In this document: piece by piece, positions 11,821 through 22,999 of the stretch
Layout: each line of letters begins with the position of its first letter
Numbering within the stretch: position 1 is the stretch's first letter
The notes under the pieces: model-generated
What the model saw: only the letters and a program-made list of their open reading frames with translations
The model's database searches: none
Told to the model about the DNA's origin: nothing
NCBI GenBank assembly: GCA_008632985.1
Contig: QPGO01000133.1
Coordinates: forward strand, 124,001-188,000
Direction: 5' to 3'
Length of the DNA: 64,000 bases
Source: Psammoneis japonica
Lineage: Eukaryota
Made by a program: the position numbers and the translations under genes

Positions 11821-13280
11821 CTATCCACCACGAACCCTTGGACACAAGCGCGGATTCACAATAATGTTTAGTTTTCTTCTCCGAACGGGCTTTGTGAATG
11901 GACTCGCTTCCATGGCAATACCCTGTGCAGCATTGAGTCGTTCCCCGCCACCTGCTCCAATGGCCATGAGATTTTCCTTTTCAGAATTATGATTCAATCC
12001 CAAATTGTGAGAAATTTCGTGAGCGACAACCGACGCCACGAGTTGCTGTCCCCGATCAAAGCTTAGGAGACTTGATCCAATGTACACGGCCGAGCCATTT
12101 CCCGGTGTTCGAGCAAGACCGGCAACTGTGCCGGAACTCAACTCGGAAAAGCCGGGAGCGACCCTTACAAATAACATGTTGAGGACGTTGGGATCCGAAT
12201 CCAAAAGAGGAGGACCACTTTGATTGGGAGCCAACACGAGCATTCGCTGGAGGTCACCCGTCGTTCGGCGTTCACCCTTTCTCTGGAGACCATGGTTGAC
12301 AAACGAGTTATTCCATGTTCTTGGGGTTTGTTTGAATGTGATACAGATGCAGGCCTGCTCAAAAATGGTGGAAATGTATTCCTCAATCGAGGCTCGTTGA
12401 GCAGAAGTACCAAAGGCAGTAGCAGCGTTCGAACCGTCGTAGTTGGCAACGATAATCATATTGACCGTGAGAGACAGTACACATTTACTCGAAGATAATG
12501 GCCGTGTGGGAGCACCACCTTGAGGATGGATGGGAGGTGTCAATGCATTTTTTGGACGTTGCAATGGGCATTTTCCAACTCTATTGCAGCGTGATCCATA
12601 ACCAACGAACCAACCTCCCTTGGCGCCGCACTTTTTCTTTTTCACAATACTACATCGTCCGTTCCGCCCTACGCAACACGCTCCATAAGCTATCGGCTGT
12701 GATAGTGTTAGCAAGGGTTGAACAATGTAGTTTTGAGTCTTTTGCTGTAGCATTTGAAAAGGAGATACTTTTTCTTTGTGGAACTTACGCAGAGTTCCTC
12801 GTTGCATTTACTTCCATATCCGCGAAAGACCCCGTTTAGACGCTGGCAGGTTCGTTTCTTGACAGCGATGCACTTTTTCTTTGCAGCTATACAACATGCG
12901 CCAGGCCCAGACCTTGGACAGACATTTAAATTGCATTTGGAACCGCCCTTGAACACACCTCCCCTCCTCTTGCAGCTCTTCTTACTGACCAAGAAACACT
13001 TGTTTTTCTTTTTCGGGACACAACAGGCTCCAAAATAATAGTTTTGTTGTTTTAACAAAAGTTCGCTTGAATCAGCCTATTTGGCGAGCGACAAGAAGCA
13101 GTGAGTTGCAATCCTTTGGGCTGAAACGTTTGAAAAGCATTTGATACGCTTTCTTTTACCTACCTCAACGCGTCCTGTTGGTGTCATCTCAGATTGGAGA
13201 GCCTTTCGCTGAGTACCTTGATCATGAGTAGACCGCAAAGATGAAGTGAAAGCCTTGAAGACAGAGTGTGGGCGACATGA
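11821..13280 (-). CDS. Metzincin-type Zn metalloprotease with three N-terminal GACC Cys-rich repeats, copy A
   Basis: HEISHNLGLNH followed by Met-turn ENLMA. Phase-0 GT-AG introns at 13077-13163 and 12697-12788 join the ORF pieces in frame. The start codon is uncertain. Confidence 0.8.
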
Positions 13281-14305
13281 ATGAGAAATGCAGCTAGTTA
13301 CATCCAAGCCCTGAACGACGACAGCGTACAACTTACGTTGGAGTTATCCTCGTTGCGATCTCCTCGTAAATATGTTGCTAAATCTGCTAAGGGACGAGCG
13401 CACATCAATAGAGGTGAGAAGAACAACGCCTCTCACGATCAACAATCCCTACGTTTAAACATCTGCCATTTACGCACCTGATGCTTCACACAGCACGACA
13501 AGGAGGATGAGGAAAAGTACTCCTATACCAATCAATCCCATCCTCCAAACGTGTTGAAATCCCTTGCGTTGGTTTGCACAACTTGGGGATTCTCACAACA
13601 GTAGATGCGACATCAACCGAGCATCATCGAAAGAAAGCGATCACTGATCTGGCTGAATGGATGATTGCGATGATTCGGCTTTGTGAGACTGCTGAAAACG
13701 AAGCTGTTGTGCTGTTGCTTACTTATGAAGGAGATCTCCCCATAAATAATTACAAGTCAGCTAACGCGCTTGTTTAACAGACATTTGTATCATCGAAATT
13801 TGTCATAGGTGGATGCACGTGCATGATTGGACAGGCCCTTTCCATAAAAGTCGATCGACTCCCGCGACAGGAGGTGGACACGCACATCTACCATGCTACC
13901 TACCGCCGGTACCGGTATGTACAGTACCACACCCTTTACCATACCCCAGTAAGCTACAGTAGAGTAGAAGGTATTTTAGTCGTAACTCTCTATTGTAGCT
14001 AACCAGCACCACGTACGGTACGAGAAGCGAAGCAAGTCAGTTTAGGTCACGGGACGCGATAGCAAACATATTGTCATTCCATAGCTAGAGTAATTTCGCA
14101 CGTTTTCGTTTTAGTGCCGGATTAAGAGCTTTGTGGCTTGTTAGCGCCAAAGTTTCGCCTACCCTCTAGAGTGCAGTATCCCATACACTCGTACAAGATG
14201 TACCTCCCTAAACAGGCTGAAATCTAAACGATATTTTATAGAGCAACAGTTACGTTTGTACGCGAGCTAGGCTACTAATCTCCGATGCAATGACATGCCG
14301 AATTG

Positions 14306-15850
14306 CTAGCCACCGTGTACTTTTGGGCACAGGCGTGGATTGACAATGAGCTCCAGCTTTCTATTGACAGGCTCTGTGAACGGACTTGCCTCGATTGCCA
14401 CCCCTTGTTCGGCGTTGATTCGCTCCCCACGGCCTCCGACCTCCATTAGATTTTCATGCTCCATAAGGTGATTAAGCCCCTGCAAGAAGAGAGTAGCGAA
14501 AGCACACATTAGAAACGGTCAAGACCAAGCTTTGTTGTTGTACTTCTTCTTTTAGTGTGCACGTACCAGGTTGTGACAAATTTCGTGTGAGACAACGGAA
14601 GCCACAAGTTCTCGTCCCCGGTCAAATCCAAGGAGACTTGACCCAATAAACATAGCGAACCCATTACCAGGGACAAGAGCAAGACCGGCGGCTGTGTTTG
14701 TATTTAAAGCGGAAAAGCCAGGCGTAACCCTCACGAGAAACATATTCAGGACAAGTGGATTGGGATCCAGAAGTGAAGGGCCAGCTTGATTTGCTGCCAA
14801 CGAAATCATCTGTCTTAAATCTTTCGTAGATCGATAACCCCCTAGTTGTTGGGTGCCTCGGTTAGCAAAGGAGTTGTTCCATATCCTCGGAATCGCTTTG
14901 AATGTCACACATACGCAGACTTGTTCAAATGTGTCCGAAACGTAGTCCTCAATGGCGGCTCTTTGGTCTGCGGTGCCAAAGGCTGTCGCAGTGTCAGAAC
15001 CGTCGTCATTAGAAACAACAATCATATTTACTGTGACTGAAAGGCACATCCAGAAGATGGCGTGGGCGGAGCTGGGGAAGGGGGAGGGGTAGGGGCTGGG
15101 GATGGCGGGTATTTCGGAGGTGCGGCAGCGGGTCGAAGGGGGCAGTATCCGTAGCGGTCGCAACTAGAACCAGCACCAATGAACCTGCCCCCTTTCCCTC
15201 TACAGGTTTTCTCTTTAAGCACGCTGCATCTTCCGTGTTGGCCTTCGCAACAAGCTCCATATGCAATCGGCTTAGGTACCCAAAGAAAAACGTGAGACGT
15301 GAACTTCGTCTTTCAACTCGAATGGTGTTAGCGTCATGAGACTTACGCAATTTCTCTTATTGCATTTTGTTCCGAATCCATGAAATATTCCGCGTTTATT
15401 TAAACAAGTGCGTGCTTTGAGAACGACACACCTCCTTTCTCCAAACAGACAGCATGCACCGGGCTTGAAAGAGGGGCATGTGTGTGGCTCGCATTTTGAA
15501 GATCCAACAAACCGGCCTCCTCTTCTATCGCAGCTTTTCTTACTGATCAAAAGACATTTGTTATTTTTCTTTGGAACACAGCACGATCCAGAACTATAGA
15601 TATTCTGCATTTCTACTGCGTCTGCTGCTAGCTATCAATGTCGAAACCAAAAAGCACGATGAGAAGCACGGCGAAACACTGGCGCATGACAAATGACGTC
15701 TTCTATTGACCTACCTCGACACCATCCTTCGGCGTCATTTCAGTTTGATCCAGAGTCTCTTTTATAGCCTCAGTATGACCAGACTGCACGCATATGCCAC
15801 GAGCGAAAGGGGTGAGCAAGGGATAGGACGATCAACCTTTGTGGTATCAT
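14306..15850 (-). CDS. Metzincin-type Zn metalloprotease with GACC repeats, copy B
   Basis: Paralog of copy A. Introns at 15632-15714, 15271-15346 and 14480-14566 (HEICHNL|GLNH). Two 1-bp frameshifts (~15822, ~15043). Putative signal peptide MIPQRLIVLSLLTPFARG. Confidence 0.75.
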
Positions 15851-17134
15851 TCAGAGACAGAAATTGTTTTGAAATATGCTTACTTACGCTCGAGATGCCA
15901 GCTTTGCCATCCGTTTTACCATCTCGTCGTAAATATGTCCCTGTGTCTTTGAAAAGGAGAAAATGATGAAGGAGAAAAACCTCGATTGAGTGGTGCGACC
16001 AACGTTTTCACAAGATCGCATTGACGCATCGAAATCACAGTGGGCGAGCGTCATTTTACACACCTGATGCATCACATAACTGAACAAGCACAAGAAAAAT
16101 TATCACCCCCCGCTTGATGAATCCCATGGTCCTTGCGCTTGCTGCGTTGTAGTTGAGCTTCAGGCGCAAGAGAGGATTGTCAACAGCTCCACTGTACGCG
16201 CGCTCTAGGAATCACGAGCCACGAGGAAATCAAGAATTGCAGAGGTTTGTGAGGCGGCCAAAACGAATTTGACGTCTACTTAGGAGATAAAGAAACTCAA
16301 AATGTCTTGTGAGAAGTTATTTATATTGAATGCATTCTGTCGTTGACGAACATATATAAGACTTCACGACTCAGGTAATAAGTAGTATCAGTCTTAGTGT
16401 ACTTACATGCGACTTGGCCGACTGGCATTTCAAAATTTGAAAGGGATTGGGAAAGAAGTGTCGATATGAGTTGTATCTCGCCCCGCTGTTATGCAATACG
16501 CGATAATCACCCAATATCAAGCTGTGTGAATCATTGAATGTATCACACTCTTGTATTTTCAACAAAAAGAATGGAAGTGTGAGCAATGAAGTTGGTGCTG
16601 TCTTGAAACAGCGCATAACTCGGATGGTGCAGCAGAACGTCTCGTCTCGTGTGGCTAGGTCCGATTCATTGTCCTGCTTGAGCTAGGATCATTAGATTTA
16701 GCGAACAATCGACAAATGGTCAAATTTGAGTTTCAACTACAACGCGCCAAAGCAAGGCTCCACGTTCACGACTCGCAAGACCCAACCAACGTCAGCTGCT
16801 AGCGGGGAAATGAACAATGTGTATGCTCATAGTCATCTCAAAACAGGAAAGATTGGTGGTGCTTCTCAAAAGAATATTCATTATTGTTGGTGCGGAGAAA
16901 ATGGCGTCTTTTTTCTTGAAATGGAGACTGTGAATCTCATCGTGGCGACGTGAAAGCATCTCTTTTGTGCTGGCGGTCGTTCTGTTTTGGTTTTACGAGT
17001 CCGTTTGTTTTTTTTTAAGGCGATGGATACGAGAATTAAATGACATACTTTCTTCGTACCAAATGTCTTGGGTATCAGATGGATCCCCTGTCGCTTTTTG
17101 ATTCGACTAGGCTTGTATGCACCACTTTCAACTC

Positions 17135-17422
17135 GGGTGGACTCGATTGTGAAACATCTTCAATTGAAAGTGACGAAAACAAATCGGTTGTAGATTCGAA
17201 AGACGTCACAAGCAATGCTTTTTTTGTAAGCCTCGCCTATAATCTATCTAACCAATTGTGTTCAAGTTGAAACCTACTTTGGGTGGACTCGATTTTGTGA
17301 AACATCTTCAATTGAAAGTGACGAAAACAAATCGGTTGTAGATTCGAAAGACGTCACAAGCAATGCTTTTTTGTAAGCCTCGTCTATAATCTATCTAACC
17401 TATTGTGTTCAAGTCGAAACCT
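17135..17422. repeat. Intergenic tandem duplication, ~146-bp unit x2
   Basis: gggtggactcgatt...tgtgttcaagtYgaaacct starts at 17135 and at 17281. Confidence 0.9.
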
Positions 17423-18024
17423 TCTTGAGGAATCGAAATTCGACGCTCCGCTGCGCGTCGCGAACTCCACCGATTGCAGGCTGTGGGCTGCAACAAAGCG
17501 ATTTTTGCGGAATATCCATCGCCCGGATCTTTGAATCAGAGCCCTTTGAGTGGTAACAGCAACATCCTTTATTTGTAGAGTGGCACATTCACAGACCGTC
17601 AGCCATAAAATCCAAATGGGGAGATCTGGGAAGGCTGATCTTGACGATACGATCGCACTTTGCTCGTATGTGGGGCCCTAGACTACGTGCGTGCGGGTTG
17701 TCAGTCGTGTTTACTGTAAAGATGGTGCGTTTTCAGCCAGTCGTGTTTGTTGATGATGTCATGGATTAGTCTGTCCGACGACCGGTCGTGTCTGGCCTTC
17801 AATCAATCCCGAAAGCCAGGAATTCCATCGATGCGTTCGAAATCATTCGAAATTGTTCGCGTTCAAAACTTCAACATGGCGCCATTCTCAGGTCTCTTTT
17901 TTCTTCTCCGCGACCACATCGGTCTTGTCACGATAACGATCGATCAATCACAAAATTACAAACGAACATCACCGATAGGCGAACGCACAGAAGCTTCTCA
18001 TAAAAAATAAACACGAAAGAGAAC

Positions 18025-19374
18025 ATGTCACCGCCACTACCAACCATCACGGCTCCGTTTCGAAGTGTATCCTTCCCGCTGCACCATGCCGACAGCCTTC
18101 CGGTAATGCAACATCATCGCCATGCATCGAAACGAAGAAGTCTGTCCGAGGGGAGCAAGAAGAAGAACCGCCGTGGAAACAAGGTTGTGCCCCTTGTTCA
18201 TGAACCAATTGACTCACCATCTAATTCAGTAAAGGCCGTCGCTACCAATGCAAGTTCAAGCGAGCCAGAAAATCGTTCAAGAAATCGGGACTATTGGAAT
18301 ACAAGAAAATGGCTTGTCACCGGTGCAATGCTGGAACCAGTACCGCAATTCTATCCTCTTGAATTGAATTCTACCCTCAACCTCGATATGAGTGCTGAAG
18401 TGATATCCACCAGAATATCAGTCTTTATGAAGCGTCACTCCATGGCGTGTGTTTTTGAAACAGCACGACTCGAGGGGACAAGTCCCAAATTGACAAAATT
18501 TGCCATAAACCTATGGAAGCAACAAGGACGTGTGCTTATTGAAATGCAACGACTCGACGGAAGCTGCATGGAAATGCTAAAAATTCGGAATGGTCTATTT
18601 CATTACCTACAAACAGGACAAGATTGCTCTTTACGAAGGGGACCTCCGGCACATTGCACAGTCGAGTGCATAAAGAGGAGCGTCCCAACCACGACAGATT
18701 CAACAAATCAAGCTGAACAAGCCGCTGCCGATGCTCTTGCGATTTCGGCTGCACTCTTGGCCAGTCCGTGCATGGATCAAAACATGCTGGGAATGGAAAG
18801 CTTGCGAGTGCTTTCGAATCCCACCATTTGCAGTCGTGATTGTTCCAAAAAGCTCAGTCGTGAACTCGTCTTTGGACAAGGCGAAACGCATGGGTTGCGG
18901 AATCATTTACTCAGGTACTTTACAAACACGCTAGAGCCGGATTATGAGGAGTCCAGTATGCCATATGACGGAGCAGAATACGAGCAAGGAGACCATTTTG
19001 GAAATATGCACCATGTTGCTCTGCAAGTCCTTGTCAATGCACTCGAGGTTGCCGTACAAGAGCATCAAACAACGGCAATACAGCACGAGAATTTGAAATC
19101 GAGCCACTTTGTCGCTACATTGTTGGATGCCTTTATTTACGATTTGAGTGTTGCTAAACACCGTCCCCAGGAGGCTGCAATGTCGGCTCGATGCCTCGCG
19201 TTAATCATGGATCTCATGGGTGAAAAGACAATCACGAGTAAATGGGTCGATGTGCTTGTGCCGCTAGTAATGGAGGCTCATGAATACGGCAAAATTCATC
19301 ATTTGCAGCTAGAGAGATGGACACATGATTTGATGGAGAAATTATGGCATCATGACGATTCCATAGGTAGCTAG
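18025..19374 (+). CDS. Hypothetical protein (possible KA1-like domain plus helical C-terminus)
   Basis: 449-aa ORF with normal composition. KFAINLWK...VLIEMQRLDGSCM resembles the KA1-type VEFQRxxGD motif (inference). Confidence 0.7.
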   Translation: MSPPLPTITAPFRSVSFPLHHADSLPVMQHHRHASKRRSLSEGSKKKNRRGNKVVPLVHEPIDSPSNSVKAVATNASSSEPENRSRNRDYWNTRKWLVTGAMLEPVPQFYPLELNSTLNLDMSAEVISTRISVFMKRHSMACVFETARLEGTSPKLTKFAINLWKQQGRVLIEMQRLDGSCMEMLKIRNGLFHYLQTGQDCSLRRGPPAHCTVECIKRSVPTTTDSTNQAEQAAADALAISAALLASPCMDQNMLGMESLRVLSNPTICSRDCSKKLSRELVFGQGETHGLRNHLLRYFTNTLEPDYEESSMPYDGAEYEQGDHFGNMHHVALQVLVNALEVAVQEHQTTAIQHENLKSSHFVATLLDAFIYDLSVAKHRPQEAAMSARCLALIMDLMGEKTITSKWVDVLVPLVMEAHEYGKIHHLQLERWTHDLMEKLWHHDDSIGS

Positions 19375-19690
19375 CTCTACAACATGAGCCACTCTCTCTA
19401 GTAGAGAGAAGGAATAGAAAATATAGAAACATGCAGTATGCTGACTAGGTTTCAAAGATAATTTTTTTCATTTTTTGAGATAGACTTTCGAGGTTGTGGT
19501 ACCTGCCAGTTCTAGACTACTCACTGTAGAGCTTTGTTCTCTCTCTAGCTGCCACAACCTAGCTCTTTAGAGCTCTACTCTCTACTCTACTACTAGAGAG
19601 TAGTCTCTGGATCAGCTTTTAGGCCCTCTAACTCTAGCTACTACTAAAGAGAGCTCTCTCTACTCTAGAGTAGAGGAGAGTAGTAGCTAC
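19370..19690. repeat. CTA/TAG/AGAG-rich low-complexity intergenic tract
   Basis: For example agctctactctctactctactactagagagtagtctct and tactctagagtagaggagagtagtagctac. Confidence 0.75.
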
Positions 19691-19909
19691 GGCCGAGGAG
19701 TCACGAGTTTTCCAAATTGCGGCAAGACCCGAATTCCTCAGTCCCGTTTGCTCAGGTAGAAATTGAATCGAACAGTAGTACCGCAGGTGGCGCGAGCATT
19801 TTCGCCACGACTCAAGATCCGCGACGTCAAAAACTCAAAACGAGAAGAAAAACCCGGGCTTAGTTGTTTTCACCTCGCACAAAAGCACTGCAACAAAACC
19901 CGACCAACA

Positions 19910-20749
19910 ATGCCCGGCAACTTTGACACAGACATTGACCAGGTCGTCCAAGAAAACAATACAAACATGGACGATGCGCAACCTCGGCCAACACGAAGAC
20001 AAGAACGACGACTCACAGGCGGTATTGCGACAGGTATGGAACAAATCCGCCTTCCTAGTCACGGAACACTCCTTGACGACGACGACGATAGTGATGAGGA
20101 TGATTTCCTACATGATGTATTTCCACTTTCCCCAGCGGGACATAGATCCATATGGGATCCTTGGAACGCAACCTCACTAATGCCACCAGACCGCCGCCTT
20201 CAATTGCAAAGAAGAAGAACGATTGCTTCAATGAATGACATTACGAATAGCGTTTCTCAGAGAGTAACTATTGATCGTACGCCGAGCTTGTTTCTCGGTA
20301 CTTTGAAAGAAATCGATGAGAACAGCGACTCAAGAACAGTGACAACGACATCCGAAATGAGCATGGACAAATCATTACCTGTACATGATGATGCTTCTAC
20401 TGTGTTGTGTGAGGGACTCGTATGGACGAGGAAAAGGAACGCGATATTTACCAACGCAAAGCTAAGCCGTCGATACTTTGTTTTGGAGTCCAATGGAAGT
20501 CTTACCATTTACAAAATCCCAAAGTCTGTCCATGGCAACGTCACTGCCAACTACTACAAGGTTCCAGAACTTGTCGAAAAAACTAGAATCGTCAAGAAGA
20601 TTTCCGCATCCTCTGTGAATATGGGTGATCAGTACAAGGGTCTTGTATTTCAAGACAAGGACGGACACGAAAAACTTTTCTTTGTGAGATCAAAAACTAC
20701 AAGAAAGAAATGGCTCCAATCAAACGAGCGCCTTTCTGGGCCACTCTAA
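19910..20749 (+). CDS. PH-domain protein
   Basis: C-terminal VLCEGLVWTRKRN...RRYFVLESNGSLTIYK...RKKWLQS fits a PH fold; the N-terminus is disordered. Confidence 0.7.
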   Translation: MPGNFDTDIDQVVQENNTNMDDAQPRPTRRQERRLTGGIATGMEQIRLPSHGTLLDDDDDSDEDDFLHDVFPLSPAGHRSIWDPWNATSLMPPDRRLQLQRRRTIASMNDITNSVSQRVTIDRTPSLFLGTLKEIDENSDSRTVTTTSEMSMDKSLPVHDDASTVLCEGLVWTRKRNAIFTNAKLSRRYFVLESNGSLTIYKIPKSVHGNVTANYYKVPELVEKTRIVKKISASSVNMGDQYKGLVFQDKDGHEKLFFVRSKTTRKKWLQSNERLSGPL

Positions 20750-20899
20750 TTTCGAAGAGGAAGCGGCCGTTGGAATGGCATCCTTTTAGAGCAATTGTGC
20801 TATCATTTGGCTTGCGTATTCTATATAGACCTTAATCTCTTTTCTTTATTGCTTTTGACATAACACCTCTACTTAGTACGGTGCTGTTTTTTAAAATAG

Positions 20900-21860
20900 A
20901 AAATTAAGAGAGCCTATGTAGAGCGGAAGGGAACAGCAGAGGGAGGCACGGAGGTAGCTGTAGTGACGGTAGAGTAGAAGGGCCGAAGGACACAGGACGA
21001 AGGGCGTTTAGAGGAAGGTATAGGTGAGGAGGGAGCAGGGAGGGAGGAAGTGAATCGGAGGATGTGCGTAGAAAGGTGTAGAACGACGTTGTAGCGAAGG
21101 GTTTGGGTGGCCCGCTGGGATGGGGAGGCTGTACGGCAGGTGCTCCCAAAGCGATCGGCGGACAGGCGACGCCATGCGAAGTCAGCGGACGGAAGGATTG
21201 CAGACGGAGACGACAAAGCATAGAGGAAGGCGGAGTAGGAGGCAACGGAGTGACGAAAGTCAGGGGAAGAGGACCAGGGCGGCTTGGGCTGAGAGCAGAT
21301 GGAAGAAGATGTGGGGCCAAAGAGCAAGCGGTGAGCAAAGCAGCCGAGGCCACCAAGGTGATCGACGGTGAAGGGGAGCAGGAAGATGCCATCGTTGTCA
21401 AGCGAAGAAACAACAAGGATCCATCAGTGGAGGAAGCAGAGGGGCCAAGGAACTTCAATCTCATGCTCGAGTGGTGTGCCTCAGTTGAAATGGGAGAAGA
21501 GGGAGCAGGCAGACCTGGAGGAGGGCGAGAAGGAGCTTGAGGGACAGCAACGTCCACTGCAATGTGATGATGACGGAAAGGAGCAGAAAGGGAGGCAGGA
21601 GGGGGAACTGAAATGCCGACATCGGCGGGACGGAGAAGCGGGCGGGTGGGGAGCAGGTTGGCAGGCTGGAGGTGAACTTCATGGGGGAGCGACAGAATTT
21701 TGCAAGGGGTCCCAGGGTTTGGGCTGGGATGAAAACAGCATCGCGGAGACCATTAGAAAGCTTGGGCTTGTGGGCACGGCGGCAAGAAAAGGCATGGTCA
21801 TTTTTGGCTTCTGCTCACCAGCACAGTGGAGTGAGGGACATTCGATCGCGATGGTCAATC
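20900..21860 (-). mobile_element. 5'-truncated non-LTR retrotransposon relic, RLE type (CRE/Ambal-like), element 1
   Basis: Minus-strand translation DHAFSC..HKPKLSNGLRD...LRPADVGI...AVDVAVP...LLPFTVDHLGGLG matches a Zn-knuckle end plus PD-(D/E)xK restriction-like endonuclease. Frameshifted, with strong purine/pyrimidine strand skew. Confidence 0.75.
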
Positions 21861-22071
21861 ATTTATGCGCTGGTAACAAATTTTAGTAGGATTCTACATA
21901 CTTGCTCCGTTAGTACAATCCCACTGAACACGCGGGTTGAAGTGAAGTTGCTCGCGTTTTCACGTGCTTTTTCTTGTCTGTGCAGGAAAGATCCCGTGCT
22001 GGTCTCATTCTTATGGCCTTGTGTCATGTTGTTGTTGTTGTGGTAATCGCAATAGAGAGCAACGCAACACC

Positions 22072-22755
22072 ATGGCTGATCCAGAAGGAGTTTTACCGCA
22101 AGACAATGAGCCACGCTTGCTTCAAGATCGCAAGGTCTCAAAAGGTATGGCGGATGGAATTGCTCAGCCTTCGCTACCTTCACGCAAGGCTTCCACCCAG
22201 CCAGAATCAGTGACGGGAGATCGACGTCCCTCGGCTGGTGTAGCTCTGTCTCTGGCACCGCCGTCGCGTAAGATATCTCCTCCTGTTCGTGGTAATACGG
22301 TTGAGACGGCCTCGTCCTTGGAAGACGTGCCGCTTCCGGAAGAAGAAGAAGAAGCGCCGATTCCCCAAGATGCTGCTTTTCCTACTACGGCAGACATGGC
22401 CAATTGCGTCCTGTGCGAAGGATATGCGACTGACCAAGATGTCGCTACAACGAAAAAGCCATGGATTCGTCTTATAGAACGTCTGCACCCGGACAGTGCA
22501 GACAATGGCAGATACTATCTGGTGCTCTTGTACAACGGCACCCTCTTGTTCTTTCGCAGCGACGAGGATCGCATCAATCACCAGAATCTCATCAAGGTTC
22601 GGACAGTTCAAGATATTACTCAAGGGCGCGAAGATTCACTAGTCTTTTCTCAACTTCATGGAAAAAAGTCATCCAACAAGATGTACAACATTGAGTCTTC
22701 CCAAGACATGTCCCGTTGGATTGATGCGTCAGAATCGATGTTACCCAAGCAGTAA
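22072..22755 (+). CDS. PH-domain protein (distant paralog of 19910..20749)
   Basis: VLCEGYATD...RYYLVLLYNGTLLFFRS...MSRWIDAS. Confidence 0.7.
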   Translation: MADPEGVLPQDNEPRLLQDRKVSKGMADGIAQPSLPSRKASTQPESVTGDRRPSAGVALSLAPPSRKISPPVRGNTVETASSLEDVPLPEEEEEAPIPQDAAFPTTADMANCVLCEGYATDQDVATTKKPWIRLIERLHPDSADNGRYYLVLLYNGTLLFFRSDEDRINHQNLIKVRTVQDITQGREDSLVFSQLHGKKSSNKMYNIESSQDMSRWIDASESMLPKQ

Positions 22756-22999
22756 TAGCCGAGTGAATAGGCTCTATAGCACTCGAGATGTGTGGTTGCT
22801 CGTCACTCTGTACACGATTTTTTGACACCACTGATTGTCCATGTTCAGATGTTGTACTGTAGTAAAATTTAGGAGTTGAATCAAAAAACAAGAAAACGTA
22901 CCGTAGCTTCTCGACACGACGATCTGGTCGAAAATTGCCTCCATCAAGCTTTCGAAAATGTTACTGTAAGCAAAAACATGGGTAGAGGAAGATCAGAAT

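Noticed and set aside
20860..21900. Target-site duplication around RLE element 1
   Set aside because: Only a short ttagta match was seen on both sides, which is too weak to call.
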